Shown one piece after another: positions 39,901 through 47,143 of a DNA stretch of 64,000 bases (position 1 is the stretch's first letter; the number at the start of each line of letters is the position of its first letter). The position numbers were made by a program, and so were the translations under genes. Below the pieces are notes generated by a model. The model had not been told where the DNA came from, did no database searches, and saw nothing but the letters and a program-made list of their open reading frames with translations. Origin of the DNA: Tepidisphaerales bacterium. Its GTDB lineage: Bacteria; Planctomycetota; Phycisphaerae; Tepidisphaerales; Tepidisphaeraceae. Location of the stretch: NCBI GenBank assembly GCA_044450885.1, contig JBIOJL010000001.1, positions 446-64,445 of the forward strand, in the 5' to 3' direction.

Positions 39901-41769
39901 GGCGGAGGCGCCCTTGAGATCGACGGCGTTGCCGGTCGGCTGCGACTGGTCCGTGAGCCGGATGACCTTCTCCGGCCCGTCGCCGCGCAGGGTGATGGTC
40001 AGGTCGGTGGGCATGTTCTTCACCGCCAGCCGATCGTCGCCCGATCCCCACAGCAGCCTGGCCAGCGATGCCTGCTGGTGCAGATCGATCTCGATGTAGG
40101 GCGCTTTGTCGCCCATCTTGGCCTGCCAGAAGGTGAGTGCTTTCACCTGCGGCGGACGAACATTGGGCTGGGTCGTGGGCGCAGGGCTGTTGGCGTCGAC
40201 GTCGATGGCGCTGAAGGCCGGGTGGCCGGGGGTTTCGGAACTGGCGGTGATGGTCGGGCCGGACGACGCGGTCGGCACGCTGCCGACGAAGACGCCGGTG
40301 CGCGGGCCGGTTTCGGTCAGGCGCACGGTGACCACGCTTTCCCGGCCGCCACCCTGGGCGACCACCTCCGCGGTCACCGGGTCCATGCGCTCGAGGTCCG
40401 CGTCGACAATCTGCACGTAGACCGGCGAGCCGGGATTGAGCGTGCCGCTGCTGCTCTTGCCGGCGGCCACCGCCGGGCGTTCATCCCTCGGCGCGGGTGC
40501 CGCGCCCTCGGCTCTGGGCATGTCGCGCTGAAATCGCGGCGGAGGGTCGGGCAGTGGCACGCTGTCGATGTTGATGGCCCCGTCATCGACCACCTTGATC
40601 TTGTGGACCTTGCCCCCCTGCTCGCCGTAGGTCAGCTCGATGACGTCGCCGCCGCCAACCTGCAGCACGCCGTCGTTGAGCGCCGGCATCGCCAGCGCCG
40701 TGCGGATGCGGCCGACGTAAAGCTGGTCGCTCACGGGGTTCTTCTCGAGCCGCACGGTTTCCCTGTCGCCCGATGACGCCGACAGCGTCGCATTCACCAC
40801 CGTCGAACGCGTGCGCGTGAAGTAGTTGGAGTCGTACACCTTGACGATCAACTCGTCGCCCGGCCGGACGCGCGTCTGCATGGCCGCGCCTACAACGGAG
40901 CATGCTTCGTACAACTTTTTCGCCTCGAGGAAATCGCCGCTGTCGAAATAGATCTGCCCGACAAGGAAGATGGCCCGCTTGACCATCTCCGTCTCGCCGT
41001 AGCGGTTCCAGAGCTTGCGGAAGGTGGCGATGGCCTGGTCGGTCTGCTTGAGCTGCACGTAGGCCCGGCCGAGGTGGAACATGGCCATGGCGGCGATCGC
41101 GGGATCTTCCGCCTCAACCAGCGACAGCAGCTTTTCCCGGGCGGCATCCGCCTGGTTGGCCAGCAGCAGCACCTGTGCATCGCCCAGGTCGGCGTACACC
41201 AGCGCCCGGCGCGACTGCGTGGTGCGGCGCAGCAGCGCCAGTTCCTCCTTCGCCGGCTCGATCCGCGCCTGCCGCATCATCACCTCGGCGCGCCGCAAGC
41301 GCAACATGCCGCGATCCGGCGATTGCAAGTTCTCGCCGTAGAGTTCGCCCGGGAGGCCGTAGAGCTGAAGCGCGATATCCTGTTCCTCTTTGGTCCCCTG
41401 CGCAAAGTGGTAATCCCCTGCGGCCACGAACAGCGCCACCGGCGGCTTGAACGACGCGAAATCCGGGCGGGCTCGGGCTGCGTCAAGCAGCGCCGCCGCC
41501 TTCGCGCCATCGTTGGCGCGCAACGCTTCCATGGCCTCGGCCAGGATTTGGGGCGTGGTCTTCACCGCCGGCGCTGCGGCCGGAGCCGCCGCGGGCGGCT
41601 TCTTCACCTGGGCGAAGAGAGACGCGGGAACCAGGAAGAACAAAGCGAGGGCGAGGAGAGGAATTTCAGATTTGAAATTTGAAATTTGAAATTTGAAATT
41701 TGAACTCGCAAATCCCAGATTTGCATTTTGCACTTTGCACTTTGCATTTTGCATTTTCCCGCTACTCAT
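36907..41769 (-). CDS. Giant TPR protein (~1620 aa) with repeated beta-rich modules and coiled-coil/Pro-rich segments
   Basis: N-terminal signal-like IPLLALALFFLVPASLFAQ. TPR units at both ends (C-terminal VTRFPEDALAASS, IVTRWPKSEFVARA, VEKFPKHENAGP, IYDYPRSEYANL). Internal modules carry (L/S)(T/S)ETGP.TGVF motifs. ATG 41769 overlaps the upstream stop (ATGAGTAG); alternative ATG at 41754. Confidence 0.8.
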   Translation of the reverse strand: MSSGKMQNAKCKVQNANLGFASSNFKFQISNFKSEIPLLALALFFLVPASLFAQVKKPPAAAPAAAPAVKTTPQILAEAMEALRANDGAKAAALLDAARARPDFASFKPPVALFVAAGDYHFAQGTKEEQDIALQLYGLPGELYGENLQSPDRGMLRLRRAEVMMRQARIEPAKEELALLRRTTQSRRALVYADLGDAQVLLLANQADAAREKLLSLVEAEDPAIAAMAMFHLGRAYVQLKQTDQAIATFRKLWNRYGETEMVKRAIFLVGQIYFDSGDFLEAKKLYEACSVVGAAMQTRVRPGDELIVKVYDSNYFTRTRSTVVNATLSASSGDRETVRLEKNPVSDQLYVGRIRTALAMPALNDGVLQVGGGDVIELTYGEQGGKVHKIKVVDDGAINIDSVPLPDPPPRFQRDMPRAEGAAPAPRDERPAVAAGKSSSGTLNPGSPVYVQIVDADLERMDPVTAEVVAQGGGRESVVTVRLTETGPRTGVFVGSVPTASSGPTITASSETPGHPAFSAIDVDANSPAPTTQPNVRPPQVKALTFWQAKMGDKAPYIEIDLHQQASLARLLWGSGDDRLAVKNMPTDLTITLRGDGPEKVIRLTDQSQPTGNAVDLKGASARTIRIDIAKFRGDAPAIGQIILTDTQGNQLLPADVAPAGADNASVLEFNVGQTVFARYTDVDNETPGVPVVRQSRRLGARYHNGVLSLVKPADLEAKGTNFRPAWRLDLGASPHIMLNDPDLDVTPNPDTAHVEAFSETGARQLLELTETGNSTGVFAAPLSLSANPEARDNPRLLYVRPGDLVWFKYLDQQNMQPGYKTFRYLSVLENQPTAGDWQNLPAVTSAWPFEIKPTEASEIPVAVRPAGKGRLTLAIHDPDAMANAATGVTVKINTLIGNVAQELMLPCTAPGVASQQLDLVLGDTQPERRLGDPAKVAPANELAVYGDDIIRVSYTDVRVPTADLQTRAVADDATGKAPARAKAIAKPDGEPVIPVINLANPNRRAMAAQEQRLATLRRELNARLPAYAAERTLFEERREILKKRQAAAPAKAPTTAPTDGALSEADTLKETIAALTSHIDRLNGRIERLKALGASDAPNAPMPTTQPAAVPDPADGPLTPGQPFDLIIDDPDLPAASVEVRIRSVAGRLIQKVTVAAKRDASGKYKVRVPTKASDDAEDKDAVSIVPGGEVIVDYQNPRQAPPENVERVAYVALASDATLTVTNAGYLDSISKFRLGEPIYVQVVDFDADRSAAIGQVAVVVKSSGGDREILMLSETEPHSGVFRGKIQTDNAAAKPNDDVLQASYGGTIEVTYMDYLRETRAQSAAQTVRLEVSGGTDGTVEGFSRQFKDAQEEMKLWYRTGQSAYQIGRRLYLAGAYERADEYLVESTDYFSQLVTRFPEDALAASSNYYLGNIQSLKGNHREALARFQEIVTRWPKSEFVARARFKVGQALENMGRFDEAADAYVLLTYHHPDDPHVPMAMIRMMNYFARGEQFADAVSIAQKFVEKFPKHENAGPVALKAGQWLAVSSRPDEAVAWFVQTEKIFAASDKDMPALLYWHAATLIQMQQLSKAPRGIVVLRPEKIRELLQRVIYDYPRSEYANLSRMALEQVVEPR
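41661..41757. repeat. Two adjacent heptanucleotide arrays (ATTTGAA x5; GCA(T/C)TTT x5) inside or at the 5' end of the giant TPR gene
   Basis: 7-nt periodicity over ~98 nt. On the coding strand this gives MQNAKCKVQNANLGFASSNFKFQISNFKSE, immediately before the signal-peptide hydrophobic core. Confidence 0.85.
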
Positions 41770-44713
41770 CTTTCCCTCCCCGCTTCTGGTTGATGAAGTT
41801 GATGTGCTTCTGCGCCTTGGCCGCCAGTTCCGTCGCATTCTGTTCCTCGACCACGCGATAGAATGTCTGCAATGCCTCGGAACTCAGCCCGAGTTTGTAC
41901 TGGCAGATGCCCTTCTGGAGCAGCACCTCGCCGAGGTTGGGCGAATCGGGATAGTCGATCAGCACCCGCCCGAAGTATTCCAGCGCCCGCCGGTGGTCGC
42001 CGATGGAGACGTAATACTCGGCCACTTTTGTGAGCCCCTTCGCGGCCAGCACGGAATCGGGGTATTGCTTGGCCAGCCGTTCGAAGACGTCGAGGCCGGT
42101 CTGGCCGGCGGCGATCTTCGCCCGACCGATCATGAACAGCGATTCCGGGGCGAGCGGGCTGGTCGGGAATCGTTTGACCAGATCCTCGAACTCGGTGATG
42201 GCCCGGGTCAGATCGCGGTTGATACCCGGTTTGCCGCCGGCCGCGACGTCCTGTTCGATCTGCTTTTCGCCACGTTCCAGGCTCGCCTGGCCCATGGCGA
42301 ACATCGCATCGCCGATGTATTCGCTCTTGGGATAGCGGGCGATCAGCGTCTGGCAGGCCGCCACCGCTTCATCCAGAAGCCCGGCGTAGAAGTAGATGCG
42401 CCACGAATGATGCAGTGCCTCTTCCGCCAGGCCGCTCTTGTCGCCGGCCTTGGCCACCTCGTTGCAGTCGGCCTGAGCCGACGCCAGAAACTCGCGCCCG
42501 CGCCGGGCGAGCCCGAGGTCGAGATAGATCTTGCCGATTTCCCCGGCCGCCACGGCGCGTCGCAGTTTGGCCTCCATGTCCAGCGGCGTCTGCCGGTATT
42601 TCACGGCCGCCACTTCACCGCCGGCGTCGGCGATGCAGTCCACGGTCTTGGCCAGCACCCAGCCATCGGGATGCCGGATGGCCTTGACATCCACATACGC
42701 CATCCGTAGCGAGCACAGCCCGTTTCGGGACTTCTCGTTCCGCAGCGACAGCGAAGCGCCGCCATCGCTGATGAGGCCTTCTTTGGTGACGGGAACCACC
42801 TTCTGGAAGATGCCCGTGTGCGTCCCGGTTTCCGTGAGGGTCACCTTGATCGAGGCCGCGCCTTCCGGCACGAGCGGCACCGCCCTGGCCTGCTCCGTGG
42901 CCTCGCTCGTTTCGCCGGGCGTGGCCCGTTGCGTTGTCGGCGCGGCGGCCGATGCGACCGCCTCCCGCAGTTCCGCCGTCCGCTGATCCACGATCGGCAC
43001 GGCCGCCAGCACCACCGTCACCGTGTCCGGCCGGTCGGAAACGTCCGCATCGAAATCCTCCACCCGCAGCATGATCTCCGAGTTGAGGACCACCTGCTGC
43101 GCCGGCTCCTGCCCGTCGCGCGTGAGGATGTCGATGATCGCATCTGATGCCACTTCGACTACGTCCTTGCGAATCGCCTTGTCGGGTGGATTGGGACCGT
43201 TTGGTCCGACCTCGTCGTAGTATTCAATCTCGATCCGGTCGCCGCCGCTGAGTTCCAATCGCTGGAACTGCCGCTGCAGCAGCCGCCCCCAGACCGACAG
43301 CGTCGACAGCCTGGCGTCGATGGTGTCGATGTTGGTGGGAGTCTTGGCGACGGCCAGCCGCATCTGCAGGATTTCGTTCTCGGTCATGCCGCGTTTGTCG
43401 GCTTCCCCGGCCGTCGCGGCCGCCGGGACGGCCGGCTCATCTTCGTCCATTCCCGCGAGCGGCCTGGCGGCGGCGGTCTGGAACGGATCGGCGACCGGTT
43501 TGGGCACATCGCCTTCTTCGGCCGCCGGCATCGTGGTGGGCACGGTTGTCGGAGCGGTCGTCGGCCGTTTGCCCGCCACGGCCGCGAGCGATTGTTCCGG
43601 CGCCCACGCCGCAAGCGTCTTCTCGAACGCCGCGTAGGCCGCGTCAATTGTCTTGCAGGCCTCGGCGTTCATCGCCTTTGCCTTCGCCATCAATTGTTCG
43701 CTCTCGGCCACCAGCGCCGCCCGTTTCTTCTCGGTCCCGGCCGGGTTCACGATCTTCTGCGTCGACCGTTCCAGCTCGAAGGCATCCTCCGCCTTCTGCT
43801 TGCCCGCCTGCTGCATCTGCTCGGCCTCGGCAAGCTGGGCGCGGAGTTTCGCGGCCGTGGCTTCGGAGAAGATGTCTTTCAGATCCCCGCTGTGGCGCGG
43901 CGCGCCCAAAGCCGTCGGTATGGTCGCGATGAACACCGGGCTGCGCTGTCCGAGCGGCTCGAGTTCCACCACCTCGACGTCCCCCGATGTCGTCCTCACG
44001 GTCGCCGTCACCGTTCGCAGTGTTTCGCCGACGTTCACGTCGGCATCTGTAACCCGCAGATACAACCGCTGTCCCGGCGAAATCCGGCGGTGGGCCGCGG
44101 TCTTCTCGCCGATCACCGTCCCGACCATGCGATACGCCTTGAGCGCCTGCTGGTACTGCTCCATCGCCAGATGCGCATCGCCGATCGCCTGATACGCCTG
44201 GTTCACCAGCGGATGCCCCGGATGCCGGTCGATGAACCGGCGGAACTGGCTGAACGCTTGGGTGTACAGCTTGCCCGCAAGGCAGGATTGCCCGACCATG
44301 AAATCGCAGCGCACGCCCGCAGCCGTCTCGTCGTCGTTCGCGGCCGAATCCGCCGCCGCGGCCGCCCGGCGATAGTGCGTGGCCGCCTCCGCGTATTTCT
44401 TCGCCTCGAAGCTGCAATCACCCAGCCGGGCGTGGGCCCGCACCGTGAGGTCGGAGTTCGGATAACCGGTCAGCACTTTCTGGAACAGTTCCGCCGCGCG
44501 GCCCAGGTCGCCCACAAGGAAGGTCGTGTCCGCGGTGCGGAACAGGTTGGCCGCCTCCTCGCTCACGCGGCTCTCGCGCCGGTTCGCCAGGCGCGCCTCG
44601 CGGTCCGACGGCTGCGTCGCCGGCGGTTCCTTCCGCGCCGCCGCCATGGCGGCGATGGCGGCCAGAAACAGAAGCAGACATCGTGACGACGTTATACTAC
44701 AATGGTGGGTCAT
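41762..44713 (-). CDS. Large TPR protein (~983 aa) with coiled-coil, Pro/Thr-rich linker and beta-rich modules
   Basis: ATG 44713 (MTHHCSITSSRCLLLFLAAIAAMAAA). N-terminal TPRs (VLTGYPNSDLTVRA, FIDRHPGHPLVNQA). C-terminal YbgF-like TPRs (LIARYPKSEYIGDA, LVKRFPTSPLAPES, LAKQYPDSVLAAKG, LIDYPDSPNLGEV). Central linker PTTAPTTVPTTMPAAEEGDVPKP. Confidence 0.8.
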   Translation of the reverse strand: MTHHCSITSSRCLLLFLAAIAAMAAARKEPPATQPSDREARLANRRESRVSEEAANLFRTADTTFLVGDLGRAAELFQKVLTGYPNSDLTVRAHARLGDCSFEAKKYAEAATHYRRAAAAADSAANDDETAAGVRCDFMVGQSCLAGKLYTQAFSQFRRFIDRHPGHPLVNQAYQAIGDAHLAMEQYQQALKAYRMVGTVIGEKTAAHRRISPGQRLYLRVTDADVNVGETLRTVTATVRTTSGDVEVVELEPLGQRSPVFIATIPTALGAPRHSGDLKDIFSEATAAKLRAQLAEAEQMQQAGKQKAEDAFELERSTQKIVNPAGTEKKRAALVAESEQLMAKAKAMNAEACKTIDAAYAAFEKTLAAWAPEQSLAAVAGKRPTTAPTTVPTTMPAAEEGDVPKPVADPFQTAAARPLAGMDEDEPAVPAAATAGEADKRGMTENEILQMRLAVAKTPTNIDTIDARLSTLSVWGRLLQRQFQRLELSGGDRIEIEYYDEVGPNGPNPPDKAIRKDVVEVASDAIIDILTRDGQEPAQQVVLNSEIMLRVEDFDADVSDRPDTVTVVLAAVPIVDQRTAELREAVASAAAPTTQRATPGETSEATEQARAVPLVPEGAASIKVTLTETGTHTGIFQKVVPVTKEGLISDGGASLSLRNEKSRNGLCSLRMAYVDVKAIRHPDGWVLAKTVDCIADAGGEVAAVKYRQTPLDMEAKLRRAVAAGEIGKIYLDLGLARRGREFLASAQADCNEVAKAGDKSGLAEEALHHSWRIYFYAGLLDEAVAACQTLIARYPKSEYIGDAMFAMGQASLERGEKQIEQDVAAGGKPGINRDLTRAITEFEDLVKRFPTSPLAPESLFMIGRAKIAAGQTGLDVFERLAKQYPDSVLAAKGLTKVAEYYVSIGDHRRALEYFGRVLIDYPDSPNLGEVLLQKGICQYKLGLSSEALQTFYRVVEEQNATELAAKAQKHINFINQKRGGKDE

Positions 44714-44846
44714 TGACCGCTCCTCCAGCCGTGCCGCGGCAGTCTCCCCAACTACCGAGGCCAATAAATCCCGTGTCGCCAGCCTGACGGGTTCGTCTCA
44801 GGATAGTTACCGCCGCCACCCGTGCGGTGTTGCTTTGGAGCGGTGG

Positions 44847-47063
44847 CTACTGTGGCGCCACAACCTCGAACGGTATCGCCGGCAACATTCCAAGCGGCGT
44901 ACGCCGTTTGGCCGCCTTACCGGTCTCCGTCCCGGATTCCGAAGATACCGCCGCAACCGCATTGACGAGCAGGTTCCCCTTCAGGCCGGGTTTGGCCTTG
45001 GCGGCATCGCATTGGAGGACGATTTCCGTGCCCTCTCCAGCCGCGGACACACCCTGGATGGCGATGCCTTCCGGCGGATCGCTCAAGACGCATTCAATCT
45101 CGCCGCCGGCAGCGCCCCCGGGAATTTCGACCTGCACGCGGATTGTCCCACCGGAGGGAATCTTGACGGGGACCGCGCTGAGAATTCTCGCCGTCTTGCC
45201 CGCCCCGCGCCCGGAAACCACGGCCTTCAGTTCCCTGGCGACGACCAGATGCCGATAGGCGAACGCCTGCATCATGTCCTCGGCGGGCATGGCCCGGCGG
45301 ACCACCTCCCGGCCGTCGATAGTCGCGCGGCCCTCGAAACTCACGCCCACCGGCTGCCGCGCGCCCGCCGACGGGGCGGTCAGCGTCAGCCGCACCTGCT
45401 CCAGATTCCCCGGCACCCAGCCACCGCTCAGGGCGAAGCCGGGCGGGGCATCCTTCAATTCCAGGGCAATGTCGCCGGCAAACCCGTCCCGCCGCAGAGC
45501 ATAAATGGTGACGGGTACAATTTCGCCGCCGCGCAGGCTGATACTAGATGGCACCACCCGCAGCCCGAAATCCGGCCGGGGCGCGCTGATCCGCAGCCGA
45601 TATCCATACTCCGGACCGCCTTTGCGCTGGGCATCGCCCAGGTGCAGGTAATAGGTTCCATCCGCCGGCAGAGTGAATTCGATCAGCGAATCCGCATGGT
45701 GCGTCATCAGCCCGGCGCCTTTGTCCTCGTGGTCGTCGTTGAACGCCAGTTGTTTCCCGGCCGCGTCCGTCAGCCGCAGCACCGAATCCAGCGGCGAGTT
45801 CAGCCGCCGCGCGTTTACCTCGGCTACGATCTTCTCGCCCGCCCGGCCATCGAAACGGAACACGTCCCAGTCGCCCGGGAAGTCGATCCGCCCGTTGATG
45901 ATGATGGGCAGCGTCACCCGTTGTGCCTGCTCGCGCGTGTTGTTGGGTTCCTGCTCCACGCACTCGGGCAGAGTGTCCACGGCAAAGGGGACGAGGTTGG
46001 AAACCACATCCTCGTTGCGGACGGAAAGCAGGACAATGCCCGGCGATTTCGTATTCGGCACCAGACTGGACCTCGGGAAATTCCAACCCCGGACATCAAC
46101 CGTTGCCTGAGCGCCGACGGCGCAACCCAGCGGGAAGATGCTGGTGATAAAGGGAATCTCACCCATGGTGATGCGGTAGACGAAGTCCTCGCGGCCGCGG
46201 TAGAGGGCATCCTTGATCTCAAGGACGTACTCGCCGTCCGTGGGTATCTTGTAGTAGAGAACGGGGTCGGGATTGAAACGAAAATCGTCGGCGTATCCGA
46301 GCACGTCGCCCCTGGCATCGTACAGCGTGACGGCGGCCTGGAACCAGCCGGGGACGGCGTCGGCGATATACGGGATCAACTCGCGGGCGCTGACCGCCAC
46401 GACGAGCCGCTGTCCCTTGCGGGCCTTGAAGCGGAAGCGGTCCTGTTCGCCGGGCATGATCTGCCCGTTGACGATGGCCGGCAGCGTGACGTTCGTCATG
46501 CTGCCCGGGCCGCTTGATTCCGCCTCGTGGAATTCGGGCAACTGGCCGATGCAGAACACGAACGGATTCGACCACCCCGCGGGCGTCCCCAGCCGCAGAT
46601 CCCGCTTGCCGGGCTCGGCGTTTGCGGCAATCACGACGTGGACGATCACCGTCTCGGCCAGCGCCGGGCTGGCCGGTTTTCTCTGCGAGGTGTTGAGTTT
46701 CCTGCTGATTTCCGCCGCCAGTTTCTCGTCCGCGGCCGTCCACACGGGCCTCGTGGAAGCCACCGCTCCGCCCCGGGACACCGCCTGCCGCTTCTCCTGC
46801 AGTTCCTTCAACTTCGCTCTCAAAGCGCCGATCTGTCCCTGCGACAGCGGTTTGACATGTTCGACCACGGCCGCCCGCACGCCCGTGCCCGAGACACTCG
46901 CGCTGGTGATGCCATCCAGATGCTGCCCACCGACCGCAATATCAAACTCCGTCCCCTGTCGCCCGCCGGCCGGGTAGATGTAACCGATGCGCGGAGTGCG
47001 ATCCTGGGCGAGCGCGGGTAGCGAGATCGCGAGCATCAGCAGAAGAGAGCGGGTTGAGAACAT
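44847..47063 (-). CDS. Secreted protein with two PPC (pre-peptidase C-terminal)-like domains
   Basis: Signal peptide MFSTRSLLLMLAISLPALAQD. EQDRFRFKARKGQRLVVAV...DGEYVLEIKD and GDWDVFRFDGRAGEKIVAEV...DGTYYLHLGD are PPC-like. Confidence 0.75.
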   Translation of the reverse strand: MFSTRSLLLMLAISLPALAQDRTPRIGYIYPAGGRQGTEFDIAVGGQHLDGITSASVSGTGVRAAVVEHVKPLSQGQIGALRAKLKELQEKRQAVSRGGAVASTRPVWTAADEKLAAEISRKLNTSQRKPASPALAETVIVHVVIAANAEPGKRDLRLGTPAGWSNPFVFCIGQLPEFHEAESSGPGSMTNVTLPAIVNGQIMPGEQDRFRFKARKGQRLVVAVSARELIPYIADAVPGWFQAAVTLYDARGDVLGYADDFRFNPDPVLYYKIPTDGEYVLEIKDALYRGREDFVYRITMGEIPFITSIFPLGCAVGAQATVDVRGWNFPRSSLVPNTKSPGIVLLSVRNEDVVSNLVPFAVDTLPECVEQEPNNTREQAQRVTLPIIINGRIDFPGDWDVFRFDGRAGEKIVAEVNARRLNSPLDSVLRLTDAAGKQLAFNDDHEDKGAGLMTHHADSLIEFTLPADGTYYLHLGDAQRKGGPEYGYRLRISAPRPDFGLRVVPSSISLRGGEIVPVTIYALRRDGFAGDIALELKDAPPGFALSGGWVPGNLEQVRLTLTAPSAGARQPVGVSFEGRATIDGREVVRRAMPAEDMMQAFAYRHLVVARELKAVVSGRGAGKTARILSAVPVKIPSGGTIRVQVEIPGGAAGGEIECVLSDPPEGIAIQGVSAAGEGTEIVLQCDAAKAKPGLKGNLLVNAVAAVSSESGTETGKAAKRRTPLGMLPAIPFEVVAPQ

Positions 47064-47077
47064 GGGGCTCCTTTGCT

Positions 47078-47138
47078 CGTAGTACCGCCTTCAGGCGGTC
47101 TGCACAGGACCGGCTAAAGCGCTAAAGCCGGTACTACG
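47078..47138. repeat. Nested-hairpin element between the DUF1501 stop and the next gene; possible terminator/REP
   Basis: Outer stem CGTAGTACC / GGTACTACG encloses ACCGCC-ttca-GGCGGT and CCGGC-taaagcgctaaa-GCCGG. Confidence 0.5.
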
Positions 47139-47143
47139 AACGA

